NCBI GenBank assembly: GCA_043813075.1
Contig: JBDRLL010000006.1
Span: forward strand, 46,533 to 110,532
Origin: Candidatus Altiarchaeota archaeon
GTDB lineage: Archaea > Altiarchaeota > Altiarchaeia > IMC4 > SCGC-AAA252-I15
Length of the DNA: 64,000 bases
Direction: 5' to 3'
In this document: in pieces, positions 30,118-43,453 of the stretch
Numbering within the stretch: position 1 is the first letter of the stretch
Layout: each line of letters opens with the position of its first letter
The notes under the pieces: model-generated
Told to the model about the DNA's origin: nothing
The model's input: the letters and a program-made list of their open reading frames with translations, nothing else
The model's database searches: none
Position numbers and translations under genes: made by a program

Positions 30118-32286
30118 CTAGTCGCAGAAGATGCTATCGTATGCGGCCTGGCCGAATGACAATCCCCCGTCGCCGCATGGGACTTTCGTGTTGACTAAAA
30201 CACCGTTACGCAACATCCTGCCGGTGATGATAGAGTTGTACGCTACGCCACCAGAGTAGACTATCTGCCTGCCGCCACCCACTTCGCACGCGAGACCGTG
30301 CAGTCCTTCAGCCAGGTAGCTGTGTGCTGTGGCTGCAAGCCGCCCCTTATCCCTCTCCAAGTGCGAGTGAATGTATTCAACGAGTGGCGTTGTCTTTAAG
30401 ACAGTCAACCCATGGTCTGAACCGTATTCCGGACGTATTTTATAGGGTTTGGAGCTTCTTGCTATGGATTCTAGAAGCATGGGGTGCTGTCCTCTGTAGG
30501 CGCTTTCGTGCGCGAAGCCGAGGAGGACTGCTATTGCGTCTAGGAGTCTCCCAGTGCTCGTGGTCTCAACTAGATTGTATTCCTCCTCCACCTGCTTGGA
30601 CCATACGCGCACTTCGTCTTCTGAGAACAGACCGGACTTCAAGAGGCAGTCCTCGTCCATGAATTTGTTCATTATCGAGAACAGCATTCTAACAGGCTTT
30701 CTGGCCGCATAGTCTCCGCCAAGCAGGATTTGAGGTTCTAGAGACCCCTCCCTCCGGTTGTTAACAAAGATTTCCCCGCCCCATGCCTTACCATCCTCAC
30801 CGTAGCCGTAGCCGTCGCACGCTATGCCCACAAAATCAGACAGATTGTTCTCAGCGGCAACCGAACACACGTGAGCGAGGTGGTGCTGCACCCTAACCAG
30901 CTCGGCCGAGTACTCGGAAGCCAGTTGTTCCCCGTATTCTGTCGTCATGAAGTCAGGGTGCATGTCGCACAGTATCCTCCTGGGAGCCACCCCAGTATAC
31001 TTTATATAGTCTAACACAGTCTTCCGCATGTAATCGAATGTCCGCATGTTACCCACACTACCCACATACTGTGAAACATACGCCTTGCCGCCAGTAGTGA
31101 CGGTTATAGTGTTCTCCCATTCTCCGCCAAGCGCAAGAACGCCATCCGACTCAAGTGGGATGGTCTTTGGGACATAACCCCTCGACCTCCTTAAGAAAAG
31201 CATTTCACCGGCCACCATCTTGACCACAGAGTCATCACACCTGTTGGCTATCCTGCGGCCATGCGTCAGGACGTAATCACAATAACCACCCACATCCTCC
31301 TCAGCTGTCGAGACCGGCTCGTCGGGAATGTTTGCTGAAGTCATCACAACAGGCTTCCCGACCATATCCAACAGTAATGCGTGGAGTGCCGTGTAGGGTA
31401 GCATGATTCCGAGAGAATCCAGCTCTGAAACATGCCTCAACCGGCCTGGCCTTTTCTTAACTGCAAGGACTATGGGCGCGTGAAAGGACTTTAGTGCCCG
31501 CCCCTCCGCCGTACTTAGCTTGCAGTACTCTCTCGCAGCCCTAACGTCAGGCATCATTACAGCATAAGGTTTCCGTGTCCTGCCGGTGAACTCCCTGAGC
31601 CTGCCCACCGCCTTTCTTGTAGTGATGCATGACAGGTGGAATCCACCATTACCCTTGACTGCCACGACCATACCCTCCTGAATAAGCCGGGAAGACTCCC
31701 TGACGGCATCCAATCCCTCAGCAATGACTTTGCCGCGGCTCTTCAACGCCAGGGGGGGACCGCATACCGGACAAGCTATCGTCTGCGCGTGGTATCTCCG
31801 GTCAACCGGGTCAGCATACTCCACCCTGCATGACTCGCACATTTCATAATCCCGCATGGTGGTCGTAGGACGGTCGTATGGCCTGGAGAAGTCCTCTATC
31901 ATAGAGTATCTTGGGCCGCAGTTGGTGCATGTCGTGTAATAGTAGTTGAACCTCCGGTCCTTCTTGTCCCTTAACTCATTCAGGCAGTCCTCGCAGACCG
32001 AAACATCCGGTGGCACTAGGACTTTCATAGAACCTCCACCACTCTCTGCAATCTTGAATCCGGAGTAGCTGCCGCCAACACGCTCAACATTAACTTCACG
32101 TATTTCAGAGAGCGGTGGAGCGTAATCAAATACCTTGACGAAGTCCTTGTCGTCGACTATCACCTCAACACCATCCCCGATGTTTCGTACGATGCCGTTA
32201 AGACCCCTATCGACAGCCTCCCTATAGATGAACGGCCTGAAGCCGACACCCTGCACCACCCCCCTGACGATTATACGGTAGAACAC
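30118..32286 (-). CDS. hypF: Carbamoyltransferase HypF
   Basis: GVVQGVGFRPF acylphosphatase domain, two zinc fingers, QHHLAH, PCGDGGLSFGQ. Confidence 0.96.
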   Translation of the reverse strand: MFYRIIVRGVVQGVGFRPFIYREAVDRGLNGIVRNIGDGVEVIVDDKDFVKVFDYAPPLSEIREVNVERVGGSYSGFKIAESGGGSMKVLVPPDVSVCEDCLNELRDKKDRRFNYYYTTCTNCGPRYSMIEDFSRPYDRPTTTMRDYEMCESCRVEYADPVDRRYHAQTIACPVCGPPLALKSRGKVIAEGLDAVRESSRLIQEGMVVAVKGNGGFHLSCITTRKAVGRLREFTGRTRKPYAVMMPDVRAAREYCKLSTAEGRALKSFHAPIVLAVKKRPGRLRHVSELDSLGIMLPYTALHALLLDMVGKPVVMTSANIPDEPVSTAEEDVGGYCDYVLTHGRRIANRCDDSVVKMVAGEMLFLRRSRGYVPKTIPLESDGVLALGGEWENTITVTTGGKAYVSQYVGSVGNMRTFDYMRKTVLDYIKYTGVAPRRILCDMHPDFMTTEYGEQLASEYSAELVRVQHHLAHVCSVAAENNLSDFVGIACDGYGYGEDGKAWGGEIFVNNRREGSLEPQILLGGDYAARKPVRMLFSIMNKFMDEDCLLKSGLFSEDEVRVWSKQVEEEYNLVETTSTGRLLDAIAVLLGFAHESAYRGQHPMLLESIARSSKPYKIRPEYGSDHGLTVLKTTPLVEYIHSHLERDKGRLAATAHSYLAEGLHGLACEVGGGRQIVYSGGVAYNSIITGRMLRNGVLVNTKVPCGDGGLSFGQAAYDSIFCD

Positions 32287-32321
32287 GATAAAGAGTTAGT
32301 AGTGGATTCAAAAATAGACCA

Positions 32322-33341
32322 TCAACTGCCGTGCTGTATCAAATCCCGTTTCCTCGTGAAACGGGATTCTATGTCGCGCGCCAGCCTTGTTCTCCTCCCC
32401 TCATCAGCCACCGCGATCTGCAGGAGCTGCTCGCTCATCCTGTCGAGGGAAGAGGGAAAATCAGCCAGCGGAAGCCTGTCGAACACCGACTCAAGTATAA
32501 CAGAATTATCAGGCCTTTCAGCGGATGCGATGGCAGGCCCTGTAGCGTGCTCCCTCACCCTCTGCGCTAGCTTGAGTATGTGGTCCTCACGCTGCGTGAA
32601 TGCTGTAGTATAGTCTACAGAGTATTCGTGGGGGTACCTGGCAATCTCATGCCTGCGGTCCGCCCCAACACAAGGATAGAACCTGCCGTCTACACTGTAT
32701 CCGTGATCATCACTCTGCCGCATGTGGGAGATTATCCCAGCGGCAAGGAATATGTCTATGGAAGAAAGCCCCAAAGCCCTGACTTCAGGCCTCTTTGACA
32801 GCCCTATGGAATGGAGTATAGCCGTCTTTGTCCCGCCCCCGCCGTAACCACTAGAGAAAAGACCTAGATCGTTGGCTGTCTGACTGTTGGACAATCCAGC
32901 CATAGAACCGATCAAGCGAATCAGCAGCAAGTCAGAACCGTCTAACTCGCTTACAACATCACCCATCCGAGAGTCATTCAGTATAAACCCCAGAGCCGTC
33001 TTGAACTTGAAGTCCCATGGCGCAACACCCTGCTCCCTGGCAGTGCATATGCCGCCAGCCAGCTCAAATACGTCAGCCAGTTTTCCGACCTCAACAAGGC
33101 TACTGCACTTACCCAATACTGTTATGCCCTTTGAAGCATGCTGGTGCAATACCGGCCTCCCCAGAGCATCGGATATCCTCTTCGACAATGCCTTCGATGA
33201 CGCAGCATCCCCGCTGGAAGACCCTGCAATACGAAGCACAGACTCTTCTATCTGCCTTGCAGTCAGACCACCAAGATCCCTAGGCTGACCAACCGAGGCA
33301 GTCTCCCGGACAATATCCCTGAATGCAGTCGCAGAGGCCAT
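32322..33341 (-). CDS. Hypothetical (orphan-like) protein
   Basis: 339-aa ATG-started ORF filling the gap between hypF and the sulfatase; no motif recognised. Confidence 0.6.
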   Translation of the reverse strand: MASATAFRDIVRETASVGQPRDLGGLTARQIEESVLRIAGSSSGDAASSKALSKRISDALGRPVLHQHASKGITVLGKCSSLVEVGKLADVFELAGGICTAREQGVAPWDFKFKTALGFILNDSRMGDVVSELDGSDLLLIRLIGSMAGLSNSQTANDLGLFSSGYGGGGTKTAILHSIGLSKRPEVRALGLSSIDIFLAAGIISHMRQSDDHGYSVDGRFYPCVGADRRHEIARYPHEYSVDYTTAFTQREDHILKLAQRVREHATGPAIASAERPDNSVILESVFDRLPLADFPSSLDRMSEQLLQIAVADEGRRTRLARDIESRFTRKRDLIQHGS

Positions 33342-33415
33342 TACATAGATTAGGGTAGGACATGGAAAAAAGCTTATATTAAAACAGGATATCTTATAGT
33401 AAGGAAGGCTTCAAG

Positions 33416-34819
33416 ATGGAGTGGAGGAGATATTCTTTATTTATCGCAGGAATCCTGCTGATTTCAGGATGCGTGCGGGAAGAAGTCAAGATTGAAAAAC
33501 CTGGCTGCACCAACTGCAACGTCATACTCGTGACCTTCGACGCCCTGAGGGCAGACCACCTGGGAGCCTACGGATACGACAAGCCGACAAGCCCAACGAT
33601 AGATGCACTCGCCAAAAAATCGTTCATCTTCACCAACTCGTTCAGCCAGTGCGGGTCAACATCCTGCTCGATACCGTCAATACACACGTCCAAATTCCCG
33701 CAGACAGACAACATACTCTCCGACGGCCTGACACCCAAGGAAGAGGAGACGACGCTGGCAGAAATCCTCAAGAAGAACGGGTACAATACTTACGCCGTCG
33801 TTGCCGTGAACCTCGCTAAGTCAGAGTACGGCTCATCCCAGGGCTTCGACGTGTTCGACGACAGATACGATGACCCTGAAATAGGGAACGAAACCAGGGA
33901 AAGAGTCATCAATATGCTCGGAGAGATAAGGGAAAACCTGGAAAAAGACGGGAAACCAGTGTTCCTATGGATACACTTCCGAGAGCCCCACAGCCCCTAC
34001 AACCCAGACATGAAGACATTCAAGGAATTCTACCACAACCCCGGCAACGAGCCCCTCGTATACGGGATAGACGGGCCTAAAGCAGTCAAAGAAGAGGGTC
34101 TGGACGAGAGGTTCACGCCGATACTAGACTACTATGTGAGAGAGAAGAAGGAATCCCCCAGCGACTACCTGATATTCGGGAAGAGACTGCCGCTGACGCC
34201 CACAATGTACAGGCAATACCAGGCAATGTACGACGGAAACATCAAGAAGATAGACAACGAGTTCAGGATAGTCTTAGATCAAATTAAAGAATCAGGCCTC
34301 GATGAGGACACCATGATTATAGTGGGCAACGACCATGGTGAAAGCCTGGGCGAACACAACATATTCGACCACAACAAACTATACTATGGAGTAGTCCACT
34401 CGCCCCTGATAGTACACCTACCGTCAGACAGGCACGAGACCATAGACTACCCTGTGATGAGCGTCGACATACTCCCCACAATACTCGAACTGGTGGGAAT
34501 ACAGGAGAAACCAGATATCAGGGGGCAGAACCTATTCAACCCTCGAGAAGAAGACTACATTCAGTTCGCGGAATACAAGGACATCAAGACCATAAAGAGG
34601 GGAGACTACAAACTGCTGATAGACACGTCAGTCATGATGGGAACACTATACAACATACGGGAAGACCCGGGTGAAACCAAGCCAGTGACAAAAGAGAACC
34701 TTGACACAGCAAAAAAACTGATAAAAGACCTGGAGGACATAAAGAAATCAGGCATACAATCCACTGAAGACCAAGTAGACACACTAGAAAGACTGAGAGA
34801 GATAGGATACGCGTACTAG
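33416..34819 (+). CDS. Sulfatase/alkaline-phosphatase superfamily protein, probably membrane-anchored
   Basis: ISGC lipobox-like signal, NVILVTFDALRADHL, HFREPHSPY, DHGE..GEH...H, C-terminal LERLREIGY. Confidence 0.88.
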   Translation: MEWRRYSLFIAGILLISGCVREEVKIEKPGCTNCNVILVTFDALRADHLGAYGYDKPTSPTIDALAKKSFIFTNSFSQCGSTSCSIPSIHTSKFPQTDNILSDGLTPKEEETTLAEILKKNGYNTYAVVAVNLAKSEYGSSQGFDVFDDRYDDPEIGNETRERVINMLGEIRENLEKDGKPVFLWIHFREPHSPYNPDMKTFKEFYHNPGNEPLVYGIDGPKAVKEEGLDERFTPILDYYVREKKESPSDYLIFGKRLPLTPTMYRQYQAMYDGNIKKIDNEFRIVLDQIKESGLDEDTMIIVGNDHGESLGEHNIFDHNKLYYGVVHSPLIVHLPSDRHETIDYPVMSVDILPTILELVGIQEKPDIRGQNLFNPREEDYIQFAEYKDIKTIKRGDYKLLIDTSVMMGTLYNIREDPGETKPVTKENLDTAKKLIKDLEDIKKSGIQSTEDQVDTLERLREIGYAY

Positions 34820-34834
34820 AATAAAATAAAAATA

Positions 34835-34879
34835 GAAGTATTGTACACGACATACGACTTGTCGCCAAAAAGCGTGCCA
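34835..34879 (-). repeat. 23S processing stem, downstream arm (pairs with 37742-37785, BHB-like motif)
   Basis: gaagtattgtacacgacatacgact-tgt-cgcc is the inverted repeat of ggcg-agtcgtatatcgtgtacaacacttc. Confidence 0.8.
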
Positions 34880-34885
34880 AGATAA

Positions 34886-37738
<2,853 letters not shown>

Positions 37739-37891
37739 ACCTGACACGCTCTTTGTGGCGAGTCGTATATCGTGTACAACACTTCAGATAATTGATTCTG
37801 AAGCTTCCGTAAACCAGCGTGCGCCGGAATACTTCAATGTCGGAGTTCGATACTCCATTTCACTTTGAAAAAGTGAATATGATGTGTGACC

Positions 37892-37958
37892 CACGCCACA
37901 GAGCCATCGAGGCTTTAGCCGAAGATGGCTCACGCATGTAAACTGGGCGTGACAGTTT
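37892..37958 (-). repeat. Structured tRNA 3'-trailer element, copy 1 (after tRNA-Ala)
   Basis: AAACTG-TCACGCC-CAGTTT-ACATGCG..GAGCCATC-TTCGGCT..GCCTC-GATGGCTC; homologous to 41156-41219. Confidence 0.85.
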
Positions 37959-38111
37959 GGACCCGTCGGGATTCGAACCCGAGGCCTCCCGCGAACTTGA
38001 AGCCTTGTTCACTTTTTTCTTTCTTTTTTCGTGAACGTTTTTTCTTTCTTTCCTAAAGAAAGAAAAAGGTTCTTGCAAGGCGGGCGATCTACCGGTCTGA
38101 TCTACAGGCCC
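37958..38111 (-). tRNA. tRNA-Ala(TGC) with an 80-nt intron at 37/38 (intron 37994-38073), in the 16S-23S spacer
   Basis: GGGCCTG/CGGGTCC acceptor with G3:U70, anticodon arm CCCGC-CT-TGC-A|C-GCGGG, BHB with central helix CTTG/CAAG and bulges CA|A and TT|C. Confidence 0.93.
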
Positions 38112-38195
38112 GGAATTGGAACCCACGTTGAGTTCGATTTTTATTTTTTTACGACATCCAGTTTAAGCCCTTTATTGTGAAACCGTTGTTGTACT

Positions 38196-39679
<1,484 letters not shown>

Positions 39680-40085
39680 TGGGTGGTCACAAAGTGGAAT
39701 TGGTGTGGTTTCACAATAAAGTTTAGCCACTGAATGTCGTCTTAGTCAGGCGGCATCCGTGCGGTTGTCGCCCCCATTTGATGGCCTACACTACTCTTGA
39801 TTTGACTAGCGGTAGCGTGTTATCGGGCTAACGCGTCTTTGCCAAAGCATTCGTTGTGAGGCGTTTCCAGATCCGATACTTTCCCCTTGAAATGGGGGTT
39901 ATCTCACATCCTGGAAAAATAATCGTGCGCAATAGAATTCGCGCGGACAATATATAGGTAAAGATTATTTAAAAGCACGCTGATTCCCGGAGGGAACCGG
40001 TATATTGTAGGGGTATTACAGGATAAAAAACAAAAAAAAACAATAACTTATATTATATAAGTATATCTTATATTATATTGGAATT

Positions 40086-41015
40086 CTATTTTTTGTAAAA
40101 GCGGGTAAAATCAGGGAAATCCGGCGGGTGAGGCCCTATGAACAGCATTTCCACCCTAAAATCATCAAGACTAAAGTTGGTGCTAGGCTCCTTGACCATG
40201 TGTAAGGGCACTTTCCCGTAGAAGGAGGCCCACGCCGAATACGTGCTTGGGGGGCCGATGATGTAGTCACACTTGGCGAGGGAGTAAAGGTCTTCAATAG
40301 CGTGTCCACGCGCGAGAGTGACGTTGAATTCCGAAAGCTGCCCCAAATCCAAATCCTCGTCAGAACATATTAGGAACCCTACTTCACTGCCCTTAAACAG
40401 TTCCCGTGTTTTTTTCATCAGCAACTTATAGGTATCCAGTCCATAGAAGAATTTTCCGTTAAGGAATGACTGGTAGTCTTTCTGCCTGATGTGCACTCCA
40501 ACCAGTATTTCGCAGGATTTCCGTGCCCTGCTAATTAGGTCAGATACGTTGGACTGGTGTTCTTCTATTGGCGTGAAATACGCCCGCACAGCGTCACCGT
40601 GTTTTTCGATTAGCTTATCCGAGTTGACCACAAAAGCGTATCCGCGGAAAAAAACAATCTTGGCTTCTCTTGTGGAGTCCAGAAATTCCGGGCTATCGAG
40701 AAGCACATAATCCCCGTATTGTATCTCATATGCCTTGAAGTATTTTAGTTTAAATCTTCCACGACCAAAACGATTTAGGATAATTCCTAGGAGGAACGAC
40801 AGGATATTTGTTATAATGCGGTTGGAGTATAAGATGGATTTTTTAGGCGGGTAGGTGGACACTATACCGCCACGAGTGCCCTGGAAGTGTTGCGCATAAT
40901 CCCTGAAATCAAGATGCATTACACGCCTGTTGCCTTCTAGCGCAGACACTATAACGTGCGAGAAATTAACTAGATGGTTGCAAAGCCCACCATACACGCC
41001 AGATATGACAAACAT
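40086..41015 (-). CDS. Alpha-1,2-fucosyltransferase-like protein (GT11)
   Basis: GGLCNHL, VGVHIRQKDY (cf. HxRRxD), ICSDE, EDLYSLAKCDYIIGPPSTYSAWASF. Confidence 0.82.
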   Translation of the reverse strand: MFVISGVYGGLCNHLVNFSHVIVSALEGNRRVMHLDFRDYAQHFQGTRGGIVSTYPPKKSILYSNRIITNILSFLLGIILNRFGRGRFKLKYFKAYEIQYGDYVLLDSPEFLDSTREAKIVFFRGYAFVVNSDKLIEKHGDAVRAYFTPIEEHQSNVSDLISRARKSCEILVGVHIRQKDYQSFLNGKFFYGLDTYKLLMKKTRELFKGSEVGFLICSDEDLDLGQLSEFNVTLARGHAIEDLYSLAKCDYIIGPPSTYSAWASFYGKVPLHMVKEPSTNFSLDDFRVEMLFIGPHPPDFPDFTRFYKK

Positions 41016-41070
41016 GTTAAGAGATTGGTGTAATCATTAATAATCCCCCATTAGGGGGATGGGAAGATGA

Positions 41071-41145
41071 TGGGCCGCGGGCGGAACACTCAGCCCTTTC
41101 GGGCTGGTGCGTCATCCCCTAGCGGGGATGCCGTTTGAATCCGCG
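41071..41145 (-). repeat. Duplicate of the tRNA-His 3' end (positions 48 to ~75) interrupted by a 47-nt hairpin insert (41087-41133)
   Basis: CGCGGATTCAAA-[insert]-TTCCGCCCGCGGCCCA matches the T-arm and acceptor 3' strand of the real gene. Confidence 0.88.
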
Positions 41146-41155
41146 CTTTGTTATA

Positions 41156-41219
41156 ACGCTCAGTGTCGTCGAGGCGGAGCCGAAGACGGCACCCGCATGT
41201 CCACTGGGCGTGACAGTGG
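41156..41219 (-). repeat. Structured tRNA 3'-trailer element, copy 2 (after tRNA-His)
   Basis: CCACTG-TCACGCC-CAGTGG-ACATGCG..GTGCCGTC-TTCGGCT..GCCTC-GACGACAC. Confidence 0.85.
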
Positions 41220-41379
41220 GCCGCGGGCGGAATTTGAATCCGCGTCGCCGGATTGCTGCAACCTTTGATTTTCCGGAAGATTAATGTGTTCTTTCTTTTC
41301 CGTCAACGCTTTTCTTTCTTATAAGAAAGAAAAGGGTTGCCACAGTCCAGTAGGATAACCAGGCTACCCCACCGCGGCC
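41219..41379 (-). tRNA. tRNA-His(GTG) with encoded G-1 and an 86-nt intron at 37/38 (intron 41254-41339)
   Basis: G-GCCGCGG/CCGCGGC-C73, anticodon arm CTGGA-CT-GTG-G|A-TCCGG, BHB with central helix CTGT/GCAG, bulges GG|C and CA|A, outer helix AACC/GGTT. Confidence 0.93.
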
Positions 41380-41409
41380 GTTTTGTGGGTATGTATAGGG
41401 TTTTTTGTG

Positions 41410-41423
41410 AATATAAAGTTTTT
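41410..41423 (-). promoter_or_regulatory. Putative BRE/TATA promoter of tRNA-His
   Basis: AAAAAC-TTTATATT about 30 nt upstream of the tRNA 5' end. Confidence 0.55.
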
Positions 41424-41445
41424 GTATTGTCTTAAGGTTTTTGTT

Positions 41446-42390
41446 TTATCCGAGTATCCTGATGATTTCGTCTTCGTCTATTCCTATTAGGTGGGTCTTG
41501 AGTATGCTTAGTTCCTTGCCGTCCATTGAGTCCGGATCGAGGCTTATGAGTAGCCGTGAGTTTTTTACTGAGACGAGGTCTTGTATGTTTTGGAGTAGTT
41601 CTATGAATGTTTTCGGGTCTTGCATGGTCCGTATGTAGGGCGCGTCTAGGAATAGGATTATGTTTTTTTCGTTGTCTCTCGTGAAGGTGGTTATCTGGTG
41701 GAGGAATTCTGTTGGGTTTTTAATGCTTACTGCGCCGTCCACTGTCATCTCTGAAAGCCATATGGTCCCGTATTCCACATTACCTAAATCGTATCGTTCC
41801 TTTAGGTTTTGGGGGTTTAGTTTTGATATGCAGAGCCCTTTGAATCCGTGAGCCACCATGCTTTTGAATATCTTTACTGCTGCCACAACGTTTTTTGATT
41901 CTATCAAGTAGCTGTTTCCTTTTTGCAGTATGGACTCGTAACGGCTGGTTCCTCCTGCCTCGAGCATTCTTATTTTTTCCTCGAGTTCTCGGGCATAAAG
42001 CTTTACTTCATCTTCTGCTTTTCTTCTTTTCACGATGTTTTTTATTACTTGCGCGAGCCTTGCGCTTTTCAATTGGTCTTTGGTGAGGAAATCGTGGGCT
42101 CCATATTTTAGGGCCTCGCAGGCTATTTCCTCGCTTCCCTGCCCGGTGAGGAATACTATGGGCGTGTCATCTCCGCGTTCTCTGAGATTTTTAAGGATTT
42201 CTATACCATCATCAGAGCCTAGCTTATAGTCGAGTAGTATTATGTCGCATTTTTCGGATTCTAGTCTTTCGTATAGTTGTTGTGCTGTGTTGGAGGTGTG
42301 GAACAGGAATTCCTCGTCGAGCGTTCGGGTGAGAGTGTGCTCTATCATTTTCTGGTCTGCTGGGTTATCGTCGACGCACATAATCCTCAT
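41446..42390 (-). CDS. Response regulator (REC plus coiled coil plus DUF835-like domain)
   Basis: CVDDN, ILLDYKL..DG, FLTGQG, DFLTK; C-terminal GLCISK.NP..L...WLS. Confidence 0.85.
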   Translation of the reverse strand: MRIMCVDDNPADQKMIEHTLTRTLDEEFLFHTSNTAQQLYERLESEKCDIILLDYKLGSDDGIEILKNLRERGDDTPIVFLTGQGSEEIACEALKYGAHDFLTKDQLKSARLAQVIKNIVKRRKAEDEVKLYARELEEKIRMLEAGGTSRYESILQKGNSYLIESKNVVAAVKIFKSMVAHGFKGLCISKLNPQNLKERYDLGNVEYGTIWLSEMTVDGAVSIKNPTEFLHQITTFTRDNEKNIILFLDAPYIRTMQDPKTFIELLQNIQDLVSVKNSRLLISLDPDSMDGKELSILKTHLIGIDEDEIIRILG

Positions 42391-42415
42391 GCTGCATACC
42401 TTTGCCTGGTTTTTT

Positions 42416-43420
42416 CTATTGCTTTAATGACTTGGATATGGTGAATTTAAATTCAGCCCCCATATCATCCTTGCCTTTACCAACGGATATTTTCCCAGAA
42501 TGGTGTTCGACTATTGATTTCACTATCGCTAAGCCTGCGCCTGTTCCATCGTATTTTGATTGGTTGGGTATTCTCTCAAACAGCTGGAATATTTTATCGT
42601 AGTATTTGGGGTCTATGCCGATACCGTTGTCTGTGACCCTGAACTCGTATTCATCTTCTTTCTCAGCGTATTTGATTATGACTGTTGGCGTAGTGCTCTT
42701 ATTGTATTTTAGGGCATTGCTGATGAGGTTCTTGAATATCTCGCTGAGCCACGTGCGCTGGCACATGATTTTTGGGAGTCCGGAATACTCGATGCGAGCG
42801 TTACTCGACTCTATGAGCACCTCCAATTCTACCTGGACTTCTTCCAGCACCTCATTCACGTCCACTAGCGTGAATTCGGTGTTTTTACGGCCGATACGCG
42901 ATAGTTTCAGTAGGTCGTCTATCATGAGGGTCATGCGTTGGGTGGATGTTAGTATCATGTTTAAATGGTCTTTCCCAGTGTCGTCTAGTTTGTCGCCGTA
43001 GTCTTCCTGAAGGAACGTGGAGAATCCCTCGATGTTTCTTAATGGCTCCTTGAGGTCGTGGCTGACGGTGTATGTGTAGTTTTCAAGCTGCTTGTTTACG
43101 TCCTCTAGCTGTTGTGCATAGTCCCTTAGCTTGCCTTTGCTCTCTTCGAGGGCGACCTCTTTTTCCTCTAGTTTCTTGATGAAGCACAGTATTATTGATG
43201 GCACTATTATTGCGCAGACTAGTGCAGCTATAGAACCAGTGAGGACATAGTCGTAGGTTATGGTCCTGTTGAATAGGAGGGCCATTACGGATATTATGAA
43301 TAGGGTTAGGAGTTGCGCGGCAGCTATCATTAGGAGGAATATGTACCATAGGCTAGTGGCCCTCAGTTTGGCCATAAGCCCGTCTAGTAGAGCGCAAGCA
43401 CTAGACATTAGTACACCCAC
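42416..43420 (-). CDS. Membrane sensor histidine kinase
   Basis: Two TM segments, SHDLKEPL H-box, NLISNALKY, DNGIGI, GTGAGL; start uncertain. Confidence 0.92.
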   Translation of the reverse strand: MGVLMSSACALLDGLMAKLRATSLWYIFLLMIAAAQLLTLFIISVMALLFNRTITYDYVLTGSIAALVCAIIVPSIILCFIKKLEEKEVALEESKGKLRDYAQQLEDVNKQLENYTYTVSHDLKEPLRNIEGFSTFLQEDYGDKLDDTGKDHLNMILTSTQRMTLMIDDLLKLSRIGRKNTEFTLVDVNEVLEEVQVELEVLIESSNARIEYSGLPKIMCQRTWLSEIFKNLISNALKYNKSTTPTVIIKYAEKEDEYEFRVTDNGIGIDPKYYDKIFQLFERIPNQSKYDGTGAGLAIVKSIVEHHSGKISVGKGKDDMGAEFKFTISKSLKQ

Positions 43421-43453
43421 GTATTGTTAGAGATTAGAGTATAGGATAAATAA

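Noticed and set aside
34820-34885. 5S rRNA downstream of 23S
   Set aside because: Only the processing-stem arm and an A/T tract fit before the convergent sulfatase gene.
41071-41145. 3' half of a trans-spliced split tRNA-His
   Set aside because: Homology starts only at position 48, I found no complementary leader, and a complete tRNA-His lies just upstream.
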